DNA from: Pelagomonas calceolata
Lineage: Eukaryota
Assembly: GCA_918797485.1 (NCBI GenBank)
Contig: CAKKNE010000005.1
Location: 1,054,001-1,118,000, forward strand
Direction: 5' to 3'
DNA length: 64,000 bases
Below the pieces are notes generated by a model that had not been told where the DNA came from, did no database searches, and was given only the letters and a program-made list of their open reading frames with translations. A program made the position numbers and the translations under genes. Numbering within the stretch: position 1 is the stretch's first letter; the number at the start of each line of letters is the position of its first letter. This document shows, in pieces, positions 34,812 to 44,002 of this stretch.

Positions 34812-37800
34812 ATGCTGGACGCGTGGGAGCGTGATAGTGACGACGACGAATCTGATGATGGTTTTGTCATCGACACCGCGCCGCCGCCGCCGGCCGCGCC
34901 AGCACCAGCGGTAGCCGCGCCGGCCGCGCCGGCCGCAGCCACAGTACCGGAGGACGGCTTCGTGATAGACACGGCGCCGCCCGCATTACCGCCTGCGCCG
35001 GCGCCGGCGCCGGCGCCCGCGCCCGCGCCCGCGCCCGCGCCGGCACTCGCCGCCAAGCGCCGCGCATCTCCAAAACCGCCCGAGGCGCGCGTCTGCCAGT
35101 TCTTTTTACATGGTACGTGCCGCTTTGGACGGAGCTGTTCCCAAAAACACGAGCGGCCCGTCTGTTCTTATTTTTTGCAGGGCTACTGCTCGCGCGGCGC
35201 GTCGTGCGTTTATAGACATGAATCCCAGGAGGACCAAGTGACGAAGATGCTCGCGGCGGCGGCCAAGAAGGCCGCCGCTGCTACGAAAGAGCCGGACAAG
35301 TTCAGTTCCTTATGTCCGCCGGAGCAGGCCGCGAAACCATTAGCGCGCAAGCCGCCGCCTCCTTTGGAAGTCGAGGCCGTCGGGCGGGCCGGCGAGAAGA
35401 AGACACGAGGAGCTGCCGTCGGAAGTGCGGACCCGTCGGTCGCGTCGCCGCAAGCTTTGAGTGCGTTGTCGAAGCTCGCGCCGGCCGCCGAGACGGTTGC
35501 CGAGACGACGCTCCCGCCGGCGCGGACGCCGGTCACGGGCCCCGTAGCTTCCGCGTTCTGCGACGCGCTGCGCACCTGGATCCTCGGCCAAGGCGTCACG
35601 GAGGTCTCCGCCGGCGCGCTCCAAGGGTTCCACAAGAGTCACCCGCAGTTCAAGGACGTACGCTTCGCCGGAGGATCGGGCGGCAACAAGAACATCCGCT
35701 TCGCGGTCGAGGCGTCGTCCGTGCTGCGCTGGGTCCCGAAAGAAGAGGTTCAAAAGACCTCAAAGGACTTTCACGCGCGCATCGAGGTGATCGATGGCGA
35801 GCCCGTCGTCGCGCCGGCGCCGGCGCCACAAGCCCCGACGCCGGTCGCGGAGGCGCAGCACGTGCCGCGGACGCCGTGCGATGGCCCCGTCGCCGCGGCC
35901 TTCTGCGACGCGCTACGACAGTGGATCCTTGGCCAGAACCGGACGGCGGTCGACACAACCGAGATGGGAGGGCTCACCCAGTTCTATGCGGCCCACGCCC
36001 AGTTCCAGGACGTCCGCTTCTGCGACGGGAACCGCGACTCGAGGAGGCCAGGGAAACGGGTCAGTCTCGCTGTCGAGGCCTCGTCGGTCCTACGCTGGGT
36101 CCCGGTCGGCCAGGGCAACGCGCGCATCGAGGTCGTCGCCGAGGGCGCGCCGCCCGCGGCCGCGGCCGCGCCGTGGCCCCCGCGGGCGCCTTGCGACGGA
36201 CCCGTCGCCGCGGCCTTCTGCGGCGCGTTACGACAGTGGATCCTCTCCCAGAATTTGACGGCGGTCGCCAGCAACGAGATCATGCAGTTCTACGAGGCCT
36301 ACCCTCAATTCAAGACCGCCCGCTTTTGCGAGGAGGGCGGCGATCCAGCAAAAGGTGGACACAAGCGGCGACTCAAAATTGTTGTAGACGCCTCGTCGGT
36401 CCTGCGCTGGGTCCCGGTCGGCCAGGGTATTGGCGAGAGCCTCGATGGCGTCGGGCGCATCGAGGTCGTCGCCGCGGGCGCGCCGCCCGCGGCTGCGGCG
36501 CCACCAGCGGCCGCGGCGACGACGCCGGCCGCGCCGCCGCCGCCGCCCGCGACCCACGCCGGGGCGCCGGCCTACCAGTCACAAACCCACCTCCTCGCGG
36601 CCTTGCACGCCTGGATCGTCGGCCGGAACTTACGAGACATCGGCGTGGGGGACCTCTCGCAGTTTTACCAGGCGCACCCCCAGTTCGGGTTGAAGAACTG
36701 GCCCGGCGGCGGCGTGCGGAAGGCGTTGGATGGTTGCCCCAATTTACGGTGGATTGAAGGTGATGGTAATGTGCCGGGCACGGTGTCTACCGCTAGGATC
36801 GCCGTCGTCGACACGTGGGGGCGACTTACGGTACAGAACGAAGCCCCGCCCCTAGCGCCCGGCGAGGTCCGCGTCTATGATTCAACGCCTACGGCGCAGA
36901 CGTTCTTCGACGCTCTGAGACAATGGATGCGCGCCAAAAGTGTCTCGTCGTTAGACGTCTCTGGTGATTTGTCGCAGTTCTACGACTTCCATCCGCATCT
37001 ACGAGGTGTTATTCTCAATCAGGGGTCTCCCAGATCAGCTACTACGAGGGGTAGCGGCTTGAAACAAGCTCTAGAGCAATGCAATGAACTAAGGTGGATC
37101 GACGGCAATAGGTGGTCGAAGGAGCCCGCTCGAATCATGCTGAAAGGTGTCCAAGACACGAGGACGACGCCCCAAGCCTACGTCGACGCGTTGCGATCTT
37201 GGCTCCTAGAACGTAACACGTTCTGCGACGTCCTCGTCAGTCAACTCCATCCGTTTTATGATGCTTATCCCCACTTCCGGGGCCAGGCCAAGAAGGAGTC
37301 GAAGAAGAAGCGGTGCATCGAGGGTTCTTCAGTGTTAGCGTGGCACGAGGGCGCGTTCACGACGATCGCATTAGTCGATAGTACGTTACCGCATACACCA
37401 CCCCCGGAACCGAAAAAGGGCGGTGTCGTCATGGACGTCGCCGCGGGTCAGCTGCCGAACGCCAAGGACGAGAAAGCCCTCGTGAGTGCTCTACGGTCGT
37501 GGATCGCGTCGCAAGGCGTGAGGGATATCTCGGTCGGCGACCTAGGAAAGTTCTTCGACGCTCATGAAGCCTTCAAGCTCAAGAAGTGGCCCGGCGGCGG
37601 CATCAAGAAGGCCGTGAAAAATAGTGGAGAGTTGCTCAAGTGGTATAAAGCGACTGCTGCGTCTCCAGCTCCGAGAATAGGCCTTGGTGATACTGCGATA
37701 CCGTCCATAACCTCAACAGATCTGTGCGACTCCTTGAAACAGTGGCTTCTCTCCACAAACCGGTCCCAGGTGAACATGAGCGAGCTCCTGAAATTCTACG

Positions 37801-40800
37801 AGTGCTATCCGCAGTTCAAAAATGTAAGGTTCGATACGGAGACCGGCGTGCTCATAGACAAGACCGAGGGCAAGGGCTCGGGGATTAAGAAGTGCCTCGA
37901 AGGGTATACTTCCCTCCGATGGTGTCCTGATCAAGGACATGGCGCTCGGATAGAGTTGGTGCGGAATCCCGTGGAGCATGATTTAGTGAGAGCTCTCCAT
38001 GCTTGGTTACTGTCGCATGATAAGACGGAGATCGGCGCGGATGAATTGGAGCCCTTCTGGGCGACACGCGACGATAAACCGTCCGGTCCAGAGTTAAAAA
38101 AGCTCTGCGAGAACAGCTCGTTACTGACGTGGGTTTCGGATGAAACGATGCGCATCTCAATTAATGTACCCGTAGCTTCGGATAGTCGGGGCTACCTGAT
38201 GCACTGTGACGACCGGACGGAGTCGGAGTGTTTACGACGATCGTTGTTGGGGTGTGGGAGACATGTTTTGAAGTCGACGAAGGGCTCGCAACTGCAGAAC
38301 ATCAAGTCCGGCGATCGCATGTACCTCTACAACATCCGACAGGGCAAAGTACGGGGCCCGTTCATCGCGATCGGCGAGGCCGGTTTGAATCTCGTGGACG
38401 GGGCCTTTGGTGGACATTTCGACTTCCACGTGAGGGTGGCCAAGCCGGGAAGCACGCCGCCGGTCGTCTGGGCCCACGGTATTGGGGAGCGGAAGCCGCC
38501 GATCGGGCCGTGGGAGCCGCCCTTCGCGCCGGTGCCGCAGTCGGATCGGCCGCGCACGCCCCGGTCGTCGGTCTCGCCGCGGGGCCGCGGTCTTAATAAT
38601 ACGCGGCCGGCCTGGCTCGACAAGCGCACGCCGGCCTGGCTCCAGGCCGAGGCGCCGCAGGCGCCCCGCGGCCCGAAGGGCTACGACCCCCGCCTCGACG
38701 TGCCTCCGCCCGGCGCGCCGGCGCCCGCGCCCTGGACCGACGGGCCGCCGCAGCACCCGGGCGCGCCGGCGCCGGCGCCCTGGACCGACGGGCCGCCGCA
38801 GCCTGCAATGGGCCGCGGCCGCGGCGTGGACAACCGGCCGGCCTGGCTCAAGGAGCAGGCGGCGCCCGTCGCGCCGTCGCCCGCGGAGTACGCCGGTGAC
38901 GCCTACGGCACCGTACAATGGGACGAGAAGAACCCCGACGGTCGGCCCGTCCGGCCGCGCGGCGCCGCGCGGTCGCCCGCCGAATATGCGGGAGACGCCT
39001 ACGGCGCGCCGAAGAACCCCGATAGTCGAGTGGTAAGGCCGCGCGGCGCCGCGCGGTCGACGCGCTTCGACGAGCCGCCGCCGCTGCCCGTCAATGCAGA
39101 ACCGCCGCACGGCTTGTCGCGGCCGCCGCCGCCGCAGTTCGCGCCGCCGCCACAACCGCAGCAGCGCGGCGCCTGGCACGCCGTCGACGCGTCCGTGCCA
39201 GGCGCCGCGCCCTACCGGCCGCCGCCGACGCCGCCGACCTTCTCCGACGCGATCCGCGCCGCGGCCACGACGGGGCGCCTGGCGACGGGCGCGCCCCAGA
39301 CCTACCGCCCGACGCCCCAGCAGCAGTGGTACGCCCAGACCCAGCAACCGCCGCCGCTGTGGAGCCTCGGCGACCCCCTCGCGGCCCCGGATCCCAATGC
39401 ACCGGCGCCTCTTGTCAGACCCGACCAGGCCCGGGGCACGCTCGGCGCGCGCATCGCAAAGGAGAGGCAGCATCGTCCGGAGATGACGATGGGCGCGCGC
39501 ATCCAGGCCGAGACGCGGCGCCCGGACCTCGTGCCGATCCGCGACCAGCTGGGCGCCACGGCCGACGACCCGGCCTGGATGCGTGCGCCGCCGCCGCCCG
39601 TGCCTCAACAAGGATCCTACGCGGCGCCGGCGCCGGCTCCCGCCTGGCCGCCCGCGCCGCCCGTGCAGGCGCCGTATGGGCACGCGGCGCCGCGGCCCTA
39701 TGGGCACGCGGCCGCCAGCACCTACGCGCCGCCGGGGCTGTGGACCGCGCCGCCGGCGCCGCCGACGCCCTTGGCGCCGCTGGCACCTTACTCCAACACC
39801 CAGCGCGCGGGCTACGACACGCGCGCGCCGTGGCCGCCCGCCGCGCCGGCGCCCGTTGCGCCGCCCGCGCCGAAGCCGGCACCGGCGCCGGAGCCCGTCG
39901 CGCCGTCCCCGCTCGCCGCCGCGGCGACGGCGGCCGCGGCCGCCGCGCGCGCGGAGGCTTCGCTGGCGCGGGCGCGGCCGAGCTCACCCGAGCCGGCGGC
40001 GCCGCCCCCAGCTCTGACGCCGCCCCCAGCACCGACGCCGCCGCCGGCCGCCGACGCGGCGCCGGCCGCCGAGGACCCCGCGGCCTTCGACGAGGCAGCC
40101 GCGACGAAGGCGGCCAAGAAGTTGAAGGTCGTCGAGCTGCGCGCCGCGCTCGAGGCCGCGGGCGCGGACACGAAGGGCCTGAAGGCGGCGCTCGTCGAGC
40201 GCCTCGTCGGCGTGCGGCGCGCGGCGGCGGCCGGCGGCCGGATCCTCGCGCGGCGCGCGGCCGCGGCCGCGGCGCCGGCGCCGGCACCCGTCGAGGCACC
40301 GGCACCGGCCCAGGCGCCGCCGCCACCGGCGCCGGCCCCGACGGCCCTGGCTCAGGTCCTCGAGACGGACACGCCCCGAAATCCACCGTCGCTTGTCGAC
40401 GTTCTGGCCCCGGCACCCGCAGCACCTACGAGGCAGGTCACAACATCGGACGACGGCGACAAGGAGCTGGAAACGGCGGCCCAGGCCTGGCAGAACCAGC
40501 GGCCGTCGCCCTACGCTCTGCTCGGTCTTCGTGCTTCGAAAAAACACTCGGACGAAAGGGTCAAGGAGGCCTTTCTGAAAGTGGCGGCGACGTGCCACCC
40601 GTCCTTGGGCCAGGGCGACGCTAGATTTGTTGCTGTTTCCAAAGCTTATTCACAGATAAAAGATAAAGCGGCGAGGGAGGCCCACGACAAATCGGAAACA
40701 AAAAGGAAGGACGAGGAACGCCAGAAGCGACACGCCGCCGGCGATTTCAAGAGACAACGCTCGAAAGCACCGGCTCCTTTGACTCAAGCCCAAGCATCTT

Positions 40801-43334
40801 ATGTGGAGCGCCTGCGGAAGATGATGAAAAAAGAGGGGTTGAGGTGGCTCCCTCATAGAGACGTACCACAATCAACCACAGACTACCTCTCATCAATACA
40901 GCAGGGCGTGCCGGCCTGGGTGTCGGCGCGCGCGGCCATCAACGCCCAGAACTCTGATTTGAGGTGGGTCGGGGACGGCCCGGGAGGTGTCATCCTCGAA
41001 GGTTCGTCCGGAGGCGTCCCGGCCGAGACGGCCCAGAGGGAGTTGGTGGAAGATCTACATGCCTGGTTACTGGCCATCGAGGCGGCGGAGCGGAGTTGTA
41101 GCGCTCTGCAGCCTTTTTACGACCTGTTTCCTCACCACGCGTTTTTGAATGTCAATCTCGAGAGCGCCGTGAAAAGTGACCGTAGGTTGGTGTGGCGGCC
41201 CGGGACCTCGGAGTACCAAGGTATACCTAGGATTGGCGTGGCGTTGCAGGACATCGAGAGCGATCGGAGGCACAAGCACCGGTGCGACGGAGAACTGGCG
41301 GCGAACGCCGTTTCTGATGCCATCGTCGCCAAACGGGTCCCAGGGTTCATGGAGGCGTTCCGGCGGTTCGTCTACGAGTCAAGAGGTAGGGAGGCTAGAA
41401 CAGGTGACATATCTCGCTTCTACGACTGGTTGCCCGATAGAACTGCGACGAAGCCGTTCCCCCAGGACGACGTGCGGACCATGGCCTGGATTCAAAGGCA
41501 TGCGCATACTACTGATTTGAGGTGCGACCGGGACGTCGTCTGGCTGCCGGAGCACGCTCCTGCTATTTTGAGCAAAGATACGCGTCTGGTGTGTGTCGCG
41601 TCGGTGGGCAACGCGCTCGTGGACGCCTTTTATGACTACTTGTTGAAGAATAAACTACGGTTCATTTCGGATAAAGATGCCTTCGAACAGAACGTCGCGG
41701 ATGTTACTGAGGGCGGGAAATGTAATCAACATAGAGTCACGGAGAAGATTAGGAGAAGTGTGATACAACAACGGGGCCCGCCGAAAATCCAGTGGGTCGG
41801 CTACGACGGCGGCGGGAAAGCTGTTCTCGTGTGGCGGCCTGCGAATGGTGTGGTCAAGCGTTCTTCTGGATGCGTGGCCGTCGGCGTTGCAGGTGGTGTG
41901 GCCGTCTCGGCGAACAGCGTCGTGCCCAAAAACCTGTTCTGCGCGGACCTCTACGCGTGGGTCGTCTACCGGAACGCGTCGGTCTCGATGGATGATTTTG
42001 ATGCGTTTGTGAAAGCCTTCCCGTACCATCGCGCGCCCAAGTCCAAGCGGGAGCTCGACGAGTGGATCCGTGGCGCGCGCTGTGTCCGAGCCCTCCGGAT
42101 GCTGGGCGACCGCGTCGAGCTGTGCGAGCGGCCGGCGGCGGCCGTGGCGGCCGTCTGCCGCGCGCGCTGCGACGCGGCCGTGGCTTCGGCCGCGATTCAC
42201 GCGGCGCTGCACCCGACGGCGAGCGCTCCGGCGCCCGCCCCGGCGCCGACGCGGCCGGCGCCCGTGGCGGTGTCCGCGCCGGCGCCCGCGCCGGCCCCGA
42301 CGTCGGCGACGAAGCGCCCGGCGCCCGCGCCCGCGCCCGCCTCGGCGGTGAAGCGGTCGGCGCCTCTGGACCCGGCGGCGCCGAAGCGCCCGGCGACGCC
42401 GTCGACGAGCTCCGCCGCCGCCGCCCCCGCAGGTGTCGTGACGGCCGAGGCCTTCTTCGCGGCGCTGCGCGACTGGATCGTAAAGGAAGACGGCCGGACG
42501 AGCGTTGAAATGAAGGAGCTCGACGCTTTTCGGGCGGCGTCGCCGCGTTTTAAGGATGTGGGCTTCGACAACCGGGGCCGCCTCATTGCGGGCGCGGACG
42601 GCCCACACGGGCTCAAGAAGGCGCTGCGGGCGACGACGCTGCTCACGTGGGTCAACGGGGACCCGCCGCGCGTGGCGCTGCCCTTCAGCGCCTCGCCGCG
42701 CGCCGCGCCGGCGGCGACGACGTCGCCGCGCGCGGCGCCGGCCGCCAAGCGGCCGGCTCCCGCGCCGGCGCCCGCCTCGGGCACGAAGCGGCCGGCCGCG
42801 GCCGCGCCGGAGTCGGCCGCCAAGCGGCCGGCTCCCGCGCCCGCGCCGGCCGCGGCGCCCGCCTCGGGCACGAAACGGCCAGCGCCCGCCGCTTCGGCGG
42901 ACGTGCCGGCGCTGAGCGCCGAGGAGGCGAAGCGCGCCGACGCCTTCCTCGCGGCCCTGAAGCGGAAGCTCCAGCCCTGCACGAAGGGTGCGATGGAGCT
43001 CGATGAGCTCGACAAGTGGTTTCGGACGAACGGTCGCGTGCTGTGGCCGAAGGGCGCCGAGGCGCCTCCGGACTTTGACATGGAGGCCTGGCTGCGGGCC
43101 CACGGCTCGCGCGCGGGCATCGTCGTTTTTACCCGGCAGGGTCTGAAGCGGGAGATACTCATGGTGAAGATCGAGCAGTGGGTCAAGCCGGCGAAGAAGC
43201 AGAAGACCGCGGCGCCGAAGCCGTCGGCGAAGAAGAAGGGCGCCGTGATGAAGAAGAAGCGCGCGCGCGAGGCGGGTACCGAGGCGGGTTCGAAGCGGAA
43301 GAAGGGCGGATCGGACGACTTCATCCCCATGTGA
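34812..43334 (+). CDS. 2840-aa multidomain protein: 2x CCCH, ~16 copies of a novel repeat, DCD, SAP, J-like domain
   Basis: CQFFLHGTCRFGRSCSQKH and CSYFLQGYCSRGASCVYRH; DCD GYLMHCDDRTESECLRRSLLG...; SAP LKVVELRAALEAAGADTKGLKAALVERL; J-like PYALLGL...CHPSLG...AYSQI. Confidence 0.88.
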   Translation: MLDAWERDSDDDESDDGFVIDTAPPPPAAPAPAVAAPAAPAAATVPEDGFVIDTAPPALPPAPAPAPAPAPAPAPAPALAAKRRASPKPPEARVCQFFLHGTCRFGRSCSQKHERPVCSYFLQGYCSRGASCVYRHESQEDQVTKMLAAAAKKAAAATKEPDKFSSLCPPEQAAKPLARKPPPPLEVEAVGRAGEKKTRGAAVGSADPSVASPQALSALSKLAPAAETVAETTLPPARTPVTGPVASAFCDALRTWILGQGVTEVSAGALQGFHKSHPQFKDVRFAGGSGGNKNIRFAVEASSVLRWVPKEEVQKTSKDFHARIEVIDGEPVVAPAPAPQAPTPVAEAQHVPRTPCDGPVAAAFCDALRQWILGQNRTAVDTTEMGGLTQFYAAHAQFQDVRFCDGNRDSRRPGKRVSLAVEASSVLRWVPVGQGNARIEVVAEGAPPAAAAAPWPPRAPCDGPVAAAFCGALRQWILSQNLTAVASNEIMQFYEAYPQFKTARFCEEGGDPAKGGHKRRLKIVVDASSVLRWVPVGQGIGESLDGVGRIEVVAAGAPPAAAAPPAAAATTPAAPPPPPATHAGAPAYQSQTHLLAALHAWIVGRNLRDIGVGDLSQFYQAHPQFGLKNWPGGGVRKALDGCPNLRWIEGDGNVPGTVSTARIAVVDTWGRLTVQNEAPPLAPGEVRVYDSTPTAQTFFDALRQWMRAKSVSSLDVSGDLSQFYDFHPHLRGVILNQGSPRSATTRGSGLKQALEQCNELRWIDGNRWSKEPARIMLKGVQDTRTTPQAYVDALRSWLLERNTFCDVLVSQLHPFYDAYPHFRGQAKKESKKKRCIEGSSVLAWHEGAFTTIALVDSTLPHTPPPEPKKGGVVMDVAAGQLPNAKDEKALVSALRSWIASQGVRDISVGDLGKFFDAHEAFKLKKWPGGGIKKAVKNSGELLKWYKATAASPAPRIGLGDTAIPSITSTDLCDSLKQWLLSTNRSQVNMSELLKFYECYPQFKNVRFDTETGVLIDKTEGKGSGIKKCLEGYTSLRWCPDQGHGARIELVRNPVEHDLVRALHAWLLSHDKTEIGADELEPFWATRDDKPSGPELKKLCENSSLLTWVSDETMRISINVPVASDSRGYLMHCDDRTESECLRRSLLGCGRHVLKSTKGSQLQNIKSGDRMYLYNIRQGKVRGPFIAIGEAGLNLVDGAFGGHFDFHVRVAKPGSTPPVVWAHGIGERKPPIGPWEPPFAPVPQSDRPRTPRSSVSPRGRGLNNTRPAWLDKRTPAWLQAEAPQAPRGPKGYDPRLDVPPPGAPAPAPWTDGPPQHPGAPAPAPWTDGPPQPAMGRGRGVDNRPAWLKEQAAPVAPSPAEYAGDAYGTVQWDEKNPDGRPVRPRGAARSPAEYAGDAYGAPKNPDSRVVRPRGAARSTRFDEPPPLPVNAEPPHGLSRPPPPQFAPPPQPQQRGAWHAVDASVPGAAPYRPPPTPPTFSDAIRAAATTGRLATGAPQTYRPTPQQQWYAQTQQPPPLWSLGDPLAAPDPNAPAPLVRPDQARGTLGARIAKERQHRPEMTMGARIQAETRRPDLVPIRDQLGATADDPAWMRAPPPPVPQQGSYAAPAPAPAWPPAPPVQAPYGHAAPRPYGHAAASTYAPPGLWTAPPAPPTPLAPLAPYSNTQRAGYDTRAPWPPAAPAPVAPPAPKPAPAPEPVAPSPLAAAATAAAAAARAEASLARARPSSPEPAAPPPALTPPPAPTPPPAADAAPAAEDPAAFDEAAATKAAKKLKVVELRAALEAAGADTKGLKAALVERLVGVRRAAAAGGRILARRAAAAAAPAPAPVEAPAPAQAPPPPAPAPTALAQVLETDTPRNPPSLVDVLAPAPAAPTRQVTTSDDGDKELETAAQAWQNQRPSPYALLGLRASKKHSDERVKEAFLKVAATCHPSLGQGDARFVAVSKAYSQIKDKAAREAHDKSETKRKDEERQKRHAAGDFKRQRSKAPAPLTQAQASYVERLRKMMKKEGLRWLPHRDVPQSTTDYLSSIQQGVPAWVSARAAINAQNSDLRWVGDGPGGVILEGSSGGVPAETAQRELVEDLHAWLLAIEAAERSCSALQPFYDLFPHHAFLNVNLESAVKSDRRLVWRPGTSEYQGIPRIGVALQDIESDRRHKHRCDGELAANAVSDAIVAKRVPGFMEAFRRFVYESRGREARTGDISRFYDWLPDRTATKPFPQDDVRTMAWIQRHAHTTDLRCDRDVVWLPEHAPAILSKDTRLVCVASVGNALVDAFYDYLLKNKLRFISDKDAFEQNVADVTEGGKCNQHRVTEKIRRSVIQQRGPPKIQWVGYDGGGKAVLVWRPANGVVKRSSGCVAVGVAGGVAVSANSVVPKNLFCADLYAWVVYRNASVSMDDFDAFVKAFPYHRAPKSKRELDEWIRGARCVRALRMLGDRVELCERPAAAVAAVCRARCDAAVASAAIHAALHPTASAPAPAPAPTRPAPVAVSAPAPAPAPTSATKRPAPAPAPASAVKRSAPLDPAAPKRPATPSTSSAAAAPAGVVTAEAFFAALRDWIVKEDGRTSVEMKELDAFRAASPRFKDVGFDNRGRLIAGADGPHGLKKALRATTLLTWVNGDPPRVALPFSASPRAAPAATTSPRAAPAAKRPAPAPAPASGTKRPAAAAPESAAKRPAPAPAPAAAPASGTKRPAPAASADVPALSAEEAKRADAFLAALKRKLQPCTKGAMELDELDKWFRTNGRVLWPKGAEAPPDFDMEAWLRAHGSRAGIVVFTRQGLKREILMVKIEQWVKPAKKQKTAAPKPSAKKKGAVMKKKRAREAGTEAGSKRKKGGSDDFIPM

Positions 43335-44002
43335 TCCCTGTGCGCCATGTATTACTTGAATGTGTGCCCTCTGTTTCCCCCCGAGTATATATGTTCTCGC
43401 TTTTATCTCGCATGACTAGTAGTTCCCTAGAGAGTCCCCGGCGCGGCTCGTGACACACATTCACATACAAAGTCACTCGCTATCCTTCTGTGGGCGGGAC
43501 GCTAGCTTTTTTAACCTCGGCTGGACTACGGGTCGCGGCGAAGAGGCTATCGGGTATACATACTAGTAAGTACTGGTTTTATTTTTCAACCGAATTTATT
43601 TTTGCGGCGCCGTCACGACGGCTAAGCGCAAATCGCTCGCCGGAGCGCGGTCAAGAGGCAGATTTGTCTGCCGCGTTCACCGCGGCACCGGTCGTCTCGC
43701 GGATATCAACGGGAAGCTCCTCAGGGGCTACAAACACAGAGGGCGTGCCGCGCGCCCACAAGGACCGCCACTGGTGCCACTACGAGGCGAACAAGCACTG
43801 GATCGAGTGGGTCGACGACGGCCTCTCCGAGCGCGCGGACGTCGGCCCGGCGAAGAAGCGAGCGGCTCTTCCGGCGTCGCTCCGCTGAGCGCCTCTGATC
43901 AGACACGTGCAGCCGGCATCCCCATCGCTCATCCCCGCGCGTCGGCATACGCACATAAGAAAGACGTTCGTTTATACATGAATCTTCTTACACATACAAC
44001 AG

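Noticed and set aside
35312..43348. Long overlapping and antisense ORFs (e.g. 38232-39707, 41655-43103)
   Set aside because: Arg/Gly/Ala-rich shadow frames expected from high GC within a real CDS.
1791..43423. Shared gcatg(g)actagtagt word at ~1791 and ~43410
   Set aside because: Too short to exceed chance without further flanking similarity.
43490..43888. 132-codon ORF with a Trp/His-rich end
   Set aside because: No ATG start and no recognisable domain.
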